Part shown: positions 1 through 9,456 of the stretch, piece after piece | Position numbering within the stretch: the stretch's first letter is position 1 | Layout of the letters: each line of letters starts with the position of its first letter | Assembly (NCBI GenBank): GCA_027050205.1 | Contig: JALUCS010000097.1 | Span: 17,195-81,194 of the forward strand | DNA: 64,000 nt | Direction: 5' to 3' | DNA from: a candidate division WOR-3 bacterium | Lineage (GTDB): Bacteria; Hydrothermota; Hydrothermia; LBFQ01 | Position numbers and translations under genes: made by a program | The notes under the pieces: model-generated | Told to the model about the DNA's origin: nothing | What the model saw: only the letters and a program-made list of their open reading frames with translations | Database searches by the model: none

Positions 1-2
1 TG

Positions 3-536
<534 letters not shown>

Positions 537-537
537 G

Positions 538-1524
538 ATGAGTATGGAGTACGTCTACGGCAGGCTCAGGGGCAGAAGGTCGCGACTCCTCAAGCCGGAG
601 GTCTACGAAATGCTCGTAAGGGAGGATCTGGCCTCCTACGAGAACATCCTAAAGGACACCCGCTACGGCCAGTACATCTCCCAGCTCAAGAGCGTAAAGG
701 AGGGGGTGGATCTGTACATCTCGGCCGTAAACAGGGCGTTCGCAGACGAGGTCCGGAAGGTCAGGAACCTGATGGACGAAGGTAAAGACCGGAGATCCAT
801 GGACGTCTTCCTCGCCCGGTGGGACCTCCACAACTTCATAACCGTCATACGGGGCAAGTTCTACAACGTAGACGACAGGGCCATAGAGCGGAGTCTCTTC
901 CCCGCTGGGGTACTGGACGAGGTACGTCTCAAGGAACTCCTTCAGGAGGAGGACGCCGTCTCCGCCGCCGAGAGGGCGAAGATGGCCTTCAAGGGCCTGC
1001 CCTTCACCATAAGCAGGGAGGCCATCCTGGAGCTTCGGAACGGCAACCTATCCGGGTTTGAGTACCACGTCTATACGTCCTTCTATGCCGAGGTTTTCGC
1101 GGAGGACGTCCATCCCCTCGTCAAGGAGTTCTACTCCTACACCATTGACGCCAAGAACATAGCCATGGCGTACATCTCCCTATCCTCCGGGGAACGCCCC
1201 TCCTACTGGATAGATGGCGGATACGTAAGCCCCAAGATAAAGAGGCAGGTCCTCGTTATGGAGGACGTTGAGGAGCTGGAGGCCCTCGTTCGGAGGTACG
1301 TCTCCTTTGAGGGACCCTTCTCCCTTGAGAAGATAGACGAGGCCTTTGAGAGGAGGTTCTTTGAGGACATAAAGAGAGGGTTTGCCGTTGAACCCGTCAG
1401 CTTCTACGCCGTCATGGAGTACCTGTGGAGGTTTGAGAGGGAGGTGGTGAAGTTGAGGACGATTATCTACGCGAAGTCCTTCGGGCTTAGCCCGGAGAGG
1501 ATAAAGGAGGTAGCCCATGTCTGA
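538..1524 (+). CDS. ntpC: V/A-type ATP synthase subunit C (AC39/d family)
   Basis: N-terminal YVYGRLRGRRSRLLK, RWDLHNFITVIRGK, DAKNI and C-terminal YLWRFEREVVKLRTI resemble Thermus/archaeal subunit C; 328 aa. Confidence 0.85.
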   Translation: MSMEYVYGRLRGRRSRLLKPEVYEMLVREDLASYENILKDTRYGQYISQLKSVKEGVDLYISAVNRAFADEVRKVRNLMDEGKDRRSMDVFLARWDLHNFITVIRGKFYNVDDRAIERSLFPAGVLDEVRLKELLQEEDAVSAAERAKMAFKGLPFTISREAILELRNGNLSGFEYHVYTSFYAEVFAEDVHPLVKEFYSYTIDAKNIAMAYISLSSGERPSYWIDGGYVSPKIKRQVLVMEDVEELEALVRRYVSFEGPFSLEKIDEAFERRFFEDIKRGFAVEPVSFYAVMEYLWRFEREVVKLRTIIYAKSFGLSPERIKEVAHV

Positions 1525-2251
1525 ACTTTATATGATAGTGATGCAGGGAAAGGAGGAACTGGGAAACGACCCGGAGGCCATACGCCTCTGGGCGGAGCTG
1601 TCCGGTGTGGATATAGACTCCATAAATGAACACACGCCCTTTGACATAGAGGTAGCCGACAGACTCCTACGTACGCTTCCGGAGGTTATGGAAAGGATGA
1701 GGGAGAGGGCGAGGAAGGACGTAGAGAGCCTTGAAGAGAGCCTGAAGAAGGTACTGGAGAGTAAGCAGAGGAAGACTGAAGCCGAGGAACTACTTCAGAA
1801 GTTGGATAGGGAGCTTTCGGAGGCCCGCATAATCCCAGAAGCAGAGGAAGAAAAACCTGAAGAGGAAGTAGATCTACCCCCCGCCGAACTCCCCTTTGAG
1901 CCTGTGGGAGTTCCTAAGGAAGAGTTGCCCCCAAAGGGAACGCCGGCGATGGAGTACGAAACGGTTGAGGAGCCGGTGGATGTGAGGATTCCAGAACTCG
2001 TACGCCTCCTACGTATGGAAGGCAATAAGATTTACGTCCTCAAGGGAGACTGGCCCACGAAGTACGCCTCCCTCCTACCATCTTTGACCAACGAAGCCGT
2101 ACGACGCTTCCACCTCCTCCTAAAGAATGGGAACATCCTATACGGTGAGAGGGTAGATGACTCATACATCGTCGCCGAGTTTGAGGAGAGGAACCTCGGT
2201 ATAGTTAAGCTCCTATACACCAAGGTACTCAAGGCCCTCTCCCTAAGGTAG
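1517..2251 (+). CDS. Hypothetical protein: coiled coil, Pro/Glu-rich linker, possible Roadblock/LC7-like C-terminus
   Basis: 244-aa ORF overlapping the previous stop; acidic heptad region; C-terminal IVAEFEERNLGIVKLL resembles MglB/Roadblock ends. Confidence 0.6.
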   Translation: MSELYMIVMQGKEELGNDPEAIRLWAELSGVDIDSINEHTPFDIEVADRLLRTLPEVMERMRERARKDVESLEESLKKVLESKQRKTEAEELLQKLDRELSEARIIPEAEEEKPEEEVDLPPAELPFEPVGVPKEELPPKGTPAMEYETVEEPVDVRIPELVRLLRMEGNKIYVLKGDWPTKYASLLPSLTNEAVRRFHLLLKNGNILYGERVDDSYIVAEFEERNLGIVKLLYTKVLKALSLR

Positions 2252-2254
2252 GGT

Positions 2255-3112
2255 ATGCTCTGGCTCTTCGTCGCTCAGCAGTCGGCTTTGGACGTTAAGC
2301 CCATTCACCTCAAGGTCCTGAACCTCACGAAGAACGCCCCAGTACTGGACACCCTTCAGGCGGAGGTAGTTACCTTTACGGGGGACGGGGGGGTGAAGGT
2401 CGTAGATACGGTGGAGGTCTACGGAGGCGGTACCCTGTACGTACCCCCCGCCGTCCATATCCTGGCCTTCAACGTCCTCTACGAGGGAGAGGTGTTCCCC
2501 TCAAACGTTGTGGTCGTAGGTAGGGACACCCTGGCCGAACTTTTCGTGTACGATATAACCTACGACACGTCCGTAGTTAAGCTGCTGTCGGAGAACATCG
2601 GCATACTCCGGGACAGGGGCGGGTACAGGGTCGTGGAGGTCTTCTTCGTCTTCAACAACAGTAAGTACGCGTACAGGGGTCCTTCGGTAAGGGTCAAAGT
2701 TCCGAGGTACGCGACAGCCCTCTCCCTCACAACGGGGGACGAGGACATCCTAAGGCAGGGGGAGGAGGTCATTCTCAACCCTCTGGTCCTACCCGGTGAG
2801 GGGAACTTCGCTCTCTCCTACGTGATCCCGAAGGACTACTTCTCCGTCAGCAGGGAGGGGGCCGGAGACTACAAGCTCCTCGTGGATACCCTCACGCCGA
2901 TAGTGGTCAAGTACGCCCTGTACAGGGGGACGGAGGAGTTTGAGGGGGAGCGGATAAGGGTGTGGGAGGGCAAGCACCGCATAGCCTTCTACGTCGGGGT
3001 TCCTCCCCTAAAGAGGGAGATGGTGTATTACGGCCTCGCCCTCCTCTTCGTCCTCTTCGGGGCGGTCTTAGTTAGCCTCCTGTACCTCCCCCCTCGCCGT
3101 AGGAAGGGCTAA
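2255..3112 (+). CDS. Hypothetical exported protein with C-terminal membrane anchor
   Basis: 285 aa; short hydrophobic N-terminus, beta-rich body, C-terminal TM helix followed by PPRRRKG. Confidence 0.7.
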   Translation: MLWLFVAQQSALDVKPIHLKVLNLTKNAPVLDTLQAEVVTFTGDGGVKVVDTVEVYGGGTLYVPPAVHILAFNVLYEGEVFPSNVVVVGRDTLAELFVYDITYDTSVVKLLSENIGILRDRGGYRVVEVFFVFNNSKYAYRGPSVRVKVPRYATALSLTTGDEDILRQGEEVILNPLVLPGEGNFALSYVIPKDYFSVSREGAGDYKLLVDTLTPIVVKYALYRGTEEFEGERIRVWEGKHRIAFYVGVPPLKREMVYYGLALLFVLFGAVLVSLLYLPPRRRKG

Positions 3113-3147
3113 ACCAGGAACGCATTACGGGATTAAAATAACCGCTA

Positions 3148-4944
3148 ATGTTGCTCTTTTTCCTGCTTCAGGCTCCGGATACCTTAGGGCAGCAACCTCC
3201 ACAGGGTGGGCAGGCGGTTGAGGAGGAGGAGGTCATAACGGGTGAGGCCGAATTAGAGATAACGGACTTCAAACGTCCCCTCTACTTCTACATGCCGGAT
3301 ATGACCTCCCTCGTCCCCGACTGGAAGGACGTAATGGCCCTGCGGTTTGAGGACTCCCTGAGGTTCTTCAACACCTACCGCCTCCCCCCCAAGCCGAAGA
3401 AGAAGAGTTGGTTCTCCAAGGGGCCGGAGAGGGAGGAGATGGAGAGGTGGTACCTTCAGGCCGCCAAGTACGGCGTCGGTTTGGTTAGGGTCGGTCTGTT
3501 CAAGGAGGCCATAGAGGTGCTTAGCGAGGTCGTCCAGTCCGACTACCTGACGGGTGGTCCCTCCTACGTGGCCCGTACCTACTACATCCTCGCCTACGTC
3601 TATAGTAAGGACCCGGAGACGGGCAGGGCCTACGGTAGTATGTTCCTCTCCGACTACTACAACAGGCCGTGGAACGAGGGCATAGGCTGGGTAGTCTGGG
3701 CCTCCGGGGAGGCTAACTTCTACGCCAGGCACTGGCTTCAGGCCGAGTCCATATACGTGCGCAACGTCAACGAGGGTAAGAAGCCCCTCCTCATCGCCCT
3801 CTCCCGCATGGGAGCGGCGTGGTGCAACCTCCACGCTGGCAAGTACGAGGACGCGTACAACCACGCGGCACAGGCCGCCCCCAACCTGACGGGGGTACCG
3901 AGGGCGCACGCCCTCCTCGCCGAGGCCATAGCCGCCTTCAACACGGGTAGGACGGAGGAGGCCCTGAACATCCTCCTTAGCATAGGTAAGACGGGCCATC
4001 CCCCCACGGACGCCGACGTCCTCTACTACATCGGCTTCGTCTATGAGGCCATGCACCAGTACGATAAGGCCCTGCAGTACTACCAGAAGGTGATGGAGGA
4101 CTACGCCAACCTACCGAGGGCCGGGGACGCCGCCTACCGCACCTACACCATATACCTCGGCACCAACAGGCAGGACGAGGCCAAGAAGACCCTCGTCTGG
4201 TTCGTTGAGAGGTTCCCCAACCATCCGGACGCCCCGAGGGCGCTCTACACCCTCGCCGAGATCTTCTACAACGAGGGGGAGCACCGGGAGGCCCTGAAGT
4301 ACCTGAAGCAGCTCTATACGAACTACCCCAACTCCGACCTCTATCAGATAGCCCGCCAGAGGGCACAGCAGGTGTATGCCATCCTCGCCAAGCAGGATAC
4401 TACCGTCCTCTGGGAGTTCCTTCGGGAGTTCCCCAACAGCAACGATGTGGCGGACGCCTTCCTGTACTGGGGAGGGAAGTTCCTTGAGGAGGGGAAGGAC
4501 ACTCTCGCCGCCCGCTACCTCTACCGCATGGGCGTGGAGTTCCCCAAGCATCCGCAGGCCCCGGACGCCCTCCTCTCTGCCGGTAAGATATACTACAACC
4601 TGAAGATGTGGAGCGACGCCGCCCAGACCTTCCGGAAGATCGTCAAGCTCTACCCCAACTACAAGAAAGTGAGGGAGGCCAAGATACTTCTCGCCGTCTC
4701 CCTGATAAACCTGAAGAAGGACTACGAGGCGATAAAGCTCCTTGAGGAGGAGCTCCAGAAACCCGACCTGACGGACGCCGAGAGGGCGGACATCTACAAG
4801 TACCTCGGGATGGCCTACAAGGCCCTCGGAAAGTCCTACAAGGCCCGGAACTACCTTGAGGAGGCCAAGGTCCTCTACTTCGGTCTCGGCAAGTTAGACG
4901 AGGTGGATAAGGTGGATAAGCTGATGGAGGACATACCGTACTGA
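3148..4944 (+). CDS. Tetratricopeptide repeat protein (BamD/CpoB-like repeats)
   Basis: 598 aa with repeated TPR units of the type A..ALY..G..YY...Y..A...F..V...YP. Confidence 0.85.
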   Translation: MLLFFLLQAPDTLGQQPPQGGQAVEEEEVITGEAELEITDFKRPLYFYMPDMTSLVPDWKDVMALRFEDSLRFFNTYRLPPKPKKKSWFSKGPEREEMERWYLQAAKYGVGLVRVGLFKEAIEVLSEVVQSDYLTGGPSYVARTYYILAYVYSKDPETGRAYGSMFLSDYYNRPWNEGIGWVVWASGEANFYARHWLQAESIYVRNVNEGKKPLLIALSRMGAAWCNLHAGKYEDAYNHAAQAAPNLTGVPRAHALLAEAIAAFNTGRTEEALNILLSIGKTGHPPTDADVLYYIGFVYEAMHQYDKALQYYQKVMEDYANLPRAGDAAYRTYTIYLGTNRQDEAKKTLVWFVERFPNHPDAPRALYTLAEIFYNEGEHREALKYLKQLYTNYPNSDLYQIARQRAQQVYAILAKQDTTVLWEFLREFPNSNDVADAFLYWGGKFLEEGKDTLAARYLYRMGVEFPKHPQAPDALLSAGKIYYNLKMWSDAAQTFRKIVKLYPNYKKVREAKILLAVSLINLKKDYEAIKLLEEELQKPDLTDAERADIYKYLGMAYKALGKSYKARNYLEEAKVLYFGLGKLDEVDKVDKLMEDIPY

Positions 4945-4970
4945 CGGCTATATCCTCTCCCCCTCCCCCT

Positions 4971-4976
4971 TAGAAT
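4971..4976 (+). promoter_or_regulatory. -10 box TAGAAT 7 nt before nuoA ATG (leaderless-type promoter; example of about 20)
   Basis: TAGAAT-acctccc-ATG with no SD; same geometry recurs throughout the window. Confidence 0.7.
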
Positions 4977-4983
4977 ACCTCCC

Positions 4984-5340
4984 ATGGGCGAGCTGTGGAA
5001 ACTCGGTATAATGATCCTGGTCGGGCTGGCCGTAGCCTACGGGGGTATCCTCGTCTCCTTCGTCCTAGGTCCAAGGCGTCCCAGTAAGACCAAGAACTAT
5101 CCGTACGAGTCGGGTATCCAGGTCAAGGGGGAGGCCCATGGAAAGGTAGCCATCAAGTATTTCTTGGTGGCCTTACTGTTCCTGGTGTTTGACGTGGAGG
5201 CTGCGGTCCTCTTTCCATGGGCTGTGGAGGTTGGGAATCTGAAGCTACTCGCTGCGATAGAGGGAGGGTTCTTCCTACTCGTCCTCATAGCCGCCTACCT
5301 CTACGCCCTCGGCAAGGATGCCATACGGTGGTTGGATTGA
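4984..5340 (+). CDS. nuoA: NADH-quinone oxidoreductase subunit A
   Basis: PYESGI loop, KYFLVALLFLVFDVEAAVLFPWA, three TM helices, 118 aa. Confidence 0.95.
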   Translation: MGELWKLGIMILVGLAVAYGGILVSFVLGPRRPSKTKNYPYESGIQVKGEAHGKVAIKYFLVALLFLVFDVEAAVLFPWAVEVGNLKLLAAIEGGFFLLVLIAAYLYALGKDAIRWLD

Positions 5341-5404
5341 TGGAAGGGAAGTTTTTGAGTCAGGGTAAGACGCTAACGTAGATAGCGATGGTGTGTTCAG
5401 TCAT

Positions 5405-5443
5405 CCCCCCAGTGTGAGGTGGAAACACCCACCCGCTGGGGGG
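5405..5443 (+). terminator. Long GC-rich hairpin with GAAA tetraloop downstream of nuoA; possible terminator
   Basis: CCCCCCAG...GGTG-GAAA-CACC...CTGGGGGG; weak U-tract. Confidence 0.45.
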
Positions 5444-5566
5444 CGTTATTGTTCAGCATTTTCACGGTCTCTTCCCATAATTGATGTATCTAACAGTACT
5501 TTCGCGATTTCGTCTTACAGGTTCAAGAATTGGTTCATTTGTTTTGAAACACACATCTTAAGAATT

Positions 5567-5610
5567 GAAAAAGCCCCTACCCTAGGGACGTTTCGCCCTG
5601 GGAAGGGGCT
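5567..5610 (-). terminator. Intrinsic terminator for the minus-strand ORF 5766..6203
   Basis: AGCCCCT..CCTAGGG..CCCTGGG..AGGGGCT stem preceded on the + strand by an A-run, which is a U-tract on the minus strand. Confidence 0.6.
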
Positions 5611-5765
5611 ATGACTATGAAAAAGATTCTAACAGCCCTACTCGCAGTAGGGAAAGAGAGTATAAGGCTGATATCGGGGTTCTTGGGTAAGGGAGAGCGC
5701 GAATCCATAGCGGGAAGAGGGTGATAAATGGGGGGAGTAGGGAAGTGGAGGATACCCCTAACCTT

Positions 5766-6203
5766 TCAGTCCTCAAGCACGTACCACCACCAGTGCCTTT
5801 GACGGTCTGGCAGAAAGCCTATTTCCTCAACGAGTTCCCTATTGTAGGTGGGGGAATAGTTGGCCCTTGCACCCTCAAGCGTTATCCATCCGCACCTCCC
5901 AGCCTTAACCAACTCCGCCCACTTGTGCATCACGTATTCAAAGACGGGATAGATTTCCAAACGTGTTATGTCGTGGCCCTCATTAACGATACCGGTTAAG
6001 CCCATCATAAGAAGCCTAAACTCATCCACGAACTCTACCACTCTCTCCGGATGGTATCCATCACCCTGCGCCCTGTAAATTAACTCCCACATACCATTCC
6101 ACGCCCCATTTGCATGACGATTATCTCTCAAATCTTCTGGAACGTACGGTGGTTCAATCTCTCCCCAAGTCGCCTTTTCCCACCATCTATCTTTTAAGTA
6201 CAT
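5766..6203 (-). CDS. Trp-rich hypothetical protein (145 aa)
   Basis: ORF in lower-GC DNA; TAAAAT at 6213-6218 lies 9 nt before the ATG; terminator downstream; ends in HWWWYVLED. Confidence 0.65.
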   Translation of the reverse strand: MYLKDRWWEKATWGEIEPPYVPEDLRDNRHANGAWNGMWELIYRAQGDGYHPERVVEFVDEFRLLMMGLTGIVNEGHDITRLEIYPVFEYVMHKWAELVKAGRCGWITLEGARANYSPTYNRELVEEIGFLPDRQRHWWWYVLED

Positions 6204-6473
6204 ACACTGCTTATTTTAGGGCGGACTTGGACATCAGGCCATTGCAGATAAGGTGAAAGACGGGGAGATCGTTGAAAAGTTGGTGGAATGATATTCATCC
6301 CCGAGGTGTAAAGGTAAAAAAGTTTTTAACACTACTAAAAACTCGCGTTTTCCGAAGGCCAACTTCCAATTGGAAATCAAACTGATGTGATTTATTCTAC
6401 TCAGTTGTGATATAAAATTGCAACTACTTTCTCAACCTTCAAGTATCCCCACTTTAACATATTTATCAACAGT

Positions 6474-7109
6474 ATGACGATGATGCTCAACCTTATCCTC
6501 GCACAGACGCCGGTTTACAGGGGACAGCACACCCAGCCCCCTCAACTCCAACGACCCTCCTCCCAGGACACATCCCGTTCCACTCAACAGCTTCCGTATA
6601 TCACCGATCCTTACGTCGCCTGTAAGATGGGGGAGTCAGACGCCGGGAAGGAGACTAGCGTCTGGGAAGAGAAGTGGTTTGCCTTAGGGTGTATCGTGGG
6701 TCTCTGCGTGGGACCCTTTGGCTACATCATCTCCTTATTCGTCAGAGTCCCTTCTCCTAAAGGTCCTTACGTCAATATGTCCCCTGCTGCGAGGAAACGC
6801 TACGAAAAGTGCTACAGGAGAAAGGGGAAGGAGAAACTCCAGGGGGCTGCTATAATGGGTACAACTTCCGCCTGCTTAATCCTTGGATTTCTGCTTAATC
6901 AGGCCGATGAGTCGACTAGGGGGTCAGATATAAATATATCCTGCCCATCTCCTTCACCACCTCCTCCTGTAGTATCCTGCCCCTACTCATATACAGTTGG
7001 GAACCCCGGTAGTTTCGGTCTCCTAAGAGTTATCCCCGAACTTGAGCCGCCAGTTCGGCCACCAGTCAGGTATCGTAAGCAGCAGAGACCAACCCAACAC
7101 CGAAGATAA
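6474..7109 (+). CDS. Hypothetical membrane protein with Pro-rich tail
   Basis: 211 aa; short hydrophobic N-terminus, two hydrophobic segments, YEKCY motif, poly-Pro stretch. Confidence 0.6.
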   Translation: MTMMLNLILAQTPVYRGQHTQPPQLQRPSSQDTSRSTQQLPYITDPYVACKMGESDAGKETSVWEEKWFALGCIVGLCVGPFGYIISLFVRVPSPKGPYVNMSPAARKRYEKCYRRKGKEKLQGAAIMGTTSACLILGFLLNQADESTRGSDINISCPSPSPPPPVVSCPYSYTVGNPGSFGLLRVIPELEPPVRPPVRYRKQQRPTQHRR

Positions 7110-7613
7110 CACCCGAATGCCATATGCAGGTAGGGGCGAGGACCCCCTTGCGGCAGCGATAAGCCCGCATCAAGCGGTATCTTCAAAAACCGGGGATTAA
7201 ACCTCAAAAAGCTGGTAGTTAGACTTTAAAATCGTTATACGCCCTATTTTGAACGGTGTTGCTGCGGCCTATCTACGGAAAGTTGAAGCTGGATTTCGGG
7301 AAGTGAAATTGGCCGATACGAAACTTCGTACTGACGTTCATCGGGGATGCATTGCCCTAAATACCCAATGGGGGGTATCACACCGATAGAAGGATACTCA
7401 ATTCACCGTTTGAAATATATCCTCAAAAACTGAAATTTACTTTAAGTAATTAGAACACGATATTGCAAGGAACTTGCAGTCCGATGATGAAAATTGGTAA
7501 TCCGTTCAAATTTTGATACCGAGATAAATTTTCATGCCGATGACTCCTCGGAGGTTGCAGCGTTCCATATGCCGAACACCCCGATGGGGAAGAGACAATA
7601 TCAAACAAAAAAA

Positions 7614-7687
7614 TTGCGGGGGCGGGATTTGAACCCGCGACCTCCGGGTTATGAGCCCGGCGAGCTTCCTGGCTGCTCCACCCCGCG
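7614..7687 (-). tRNA. Initiator tRNA-fMet (CAT); CCA not encoded
   Basis: CGCGGGGTGGAGCAGCCAGGAAGCTCGCCGGGCTCATAACCCGGAGGTCGCGGGTTCAAATCCCGCCCCCGCAA: C1:A72 mismatch, three G-C pairs in the anticodon stem, A11-U24 pair. Confidence 0.97.
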
Positions 7688-7759
7688 ATTTGAGGAAACT
7701 ATTATAAGGGGGAAAGGGGGGCGTGTGGGGAGGTTGTACCCGTCCTTATAATCCCCATC

Positions 7760-8485
7760 TTGAGAGTAGTAGTGGTCGTACCCACCTACAACGAGGCCGA
7801 TAACATAGCCGACCTGATAGCCGAGTTGCGCTCCGTTCGTATATTCGAACGCATAGTCCCCGACGTACTCGTAGTGGACGACAACTCCCCCGATGGCACC
7901 TGGAGGATCGTTGAAGAGATAGGGAAGAGGGACCCGGCCGTCCATCTCCTCAAGCGTCCGGGGAAGATGGGCCTCGGTTCGGCCTACGTTGAGGGGTTCA
8001 AGTGGGCCTTGGAGCGGGGATACGACGTCATCGTGCAGATGGACGCCGACTTCTCCCACAACCCGAAGGACGTCCAGAAGTTGGTTGAGGCCCTCGCTAA
8101 CTGCGACGTTGTGATAGGCTCCCGGTACTGCAACGGCGTTAGCGTCATAAACTGGCCGATAAGCCGCCTCCTCCTCTCCTACTTCGCCAACCAGTACGCC
8201 CGTCTCCTGACCGGGGTAAAGATAAACGACCTCACCGGGGGTTTCAAGGCCTTCAAGAGGGAGGCCCTTGAGGCGTTGGACCTTGATAAGATAAAGTCGG
8301 ACGGCTACGCCTTCCAGATAGAGGTGAACTTCTACCTCTGGATGAAGAGGTTCAAGATGTGCGAGATCCCGATAGTCTTCGTTGAGAGGAGGGCCGGTAA
8401 GTCCAAACTTAGCCGCTCAATCATATGGGAGGCCTTCTGGCTGGTACTCCGGCTGTTCCTGAAGCGGATAACCGGTAGGGTATGA
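7760..8485 (+). CDS. Polyprenol-phosphate mannose synthase-like glycosyltransferase (GT2, Dpm1 family)
   Basis: VVVPTYNEADNI, VVDDNSPDGT, GLGSAY, QMDADFSH, GYAFQIE; TTG start 7 nt after TATAAT. Confidence 0.92.
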   Translation: MRVVVVVPTYNEADNIADLIAELRSVRIFERIVPDVLVVDDNSPDGTWRIVEEIGKRDPAVHLLKRPGKMGLGSAYVEGFKWALERGYDVIVQMDADFSHNPKDVQKLVEALANCDVVIGSRYCNGVSVINWPISRLLLSYFANQYARLLTGVKINDLTGGFKAFKREALEALDLDKIKSDGYAFQIEVNFYLWMKRFKMCEIPIVFVERRAGKSKLSRSIIWEAFWLVLRLFLKRITGRV

Positions 8486-9432
8486 GGTTCTACGAGCTGT
8501 TGAGGGTGGGGTACGGTGTCCTTGAGGAGGCCCTCACCTCCCTCCGCCGTAGGTTCCCACGAAGTAAGGTGGTCGTCTTCACGGGGGACGAGCTCTCCCT
8601 ACCCTACGGGGAGAAGGTGGCCGAAACCGTCCGCGGCACCCTCGTAGTTGGCGAGCGTTTCCCGGAGGGCGACGGGTACGACCTCGTCCTCGGCGTTGGG
8701 GGCGGGAGCGTGATAGACCGGGCGAAACTCTGGGCCTACGAGAGGGGGGTACCCTTCGTCTCCGTCCCCACGCTGGCCTCCAGCGATGGCATAGCCTCTC
8801 CGGTCAGCGTCCTGAACGGGAAGAGCCGCTTCCTCACCCTCCCCTACGGCGTCATCGTAGAGCTGGAGATAATAGCGAAGGCACCGAGGTGGAGCCTCCT
8901 CGCCGGCATAGGGGACCTCGTATCCAACCTCTCCGCCTCCCTGGACTGGGACCGCTTCCGGGAGAAATCAAGGGAGCCGTACTCACCGGAGGCCTCGGCC
9001 ATGGCGAGGTTGGGGGCGGTCTCCCTCCTCTCCTCCCGCTCCCCTAACCCCCTTGAGGCGCTGGTGTGGGGACTCATCCTAAGCGGCCTGGCCATGAACG
9101 TAGCCGGCTCCTCAAGACCGGCGAGCGGTCCGGAGCATAAGGTGAGCCACGCCCTTGACTCCTTGGGCTACGGGGAGAAGCACGGGATACAGGTGGGCAT
9201 CTTCACCCCCCTGTTCCTGAAGTTGAACGGCTATCCGGCGTGGGAGGAGGTAAGGGAGTACCTTAAGGGGGTAGGGCTTCCGGAGTACGTCACCCTCACC
9301 GAGGAGGGGGCAGTTGAGGTCTTCAGTAAGGCCTCGGAGACCAGGCCCCACAGGTACACCGTCCTTGAGGAGGTTGGCTGGGAGAAGGTCCTTGAGGAGG
9401 CCATCAGGCTGGGTTTCGTCAGGATAGTTTAA
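8482..9432 (+). CDS. egsA: sn-glycerol-1-phosphate dehydrogenase family (EgsA/AraM)
   Basis: GVGGGSVID, SVPTLASSDGIASP, AGIGD, AGSSRPASGPEHKVSHALD, HGIQVG, RPHRYTVLE; coupled to the GT2 gene by an ATGA overlap. Confidence 0.85.
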   Translation: MRFYELLRVGYGVLEEALTSLRRRFPRSKVVVFTGDELSLPYGEKVAETVRGTLVVGERFPEGDGYDLVLGVGGGSVIDRAKLWAYERGVPFVSVPTLASSDGIASPVSVLNGKSRFLTLPYGVIVELEIIAKAPRWSLLAGIGDLVSNLSASLDWDRFREKSREPYSPEASAMARLGAVSLLSSRSPNPLEALVWGLILSGLAMNVAGSSRPASGPEHKVSHALDSLGYGEKHGIQVGIFTPLFLKLNGYPAWEEVREYLKGVGLPEYVTLTEEGAVEVFSKASETRPHRYTVLEEVGWEKVLEEAIRLGFVRIV

Positions 9433-9456
9433 AATCGGCCTTAAAATACTACCGTT

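Noticed and set aside
3220-3260. TonB-box-like EEEEVITG near the N-terminus of the TPR protein
   Set aside because: Motif too short and low-complexity to support a claim.
5341-5460. attL/attR duplication of the tRNA-fMet 3' end
   Set aside because: Only a loose G-run resemblance near 5435-5445; no exact duplication found.
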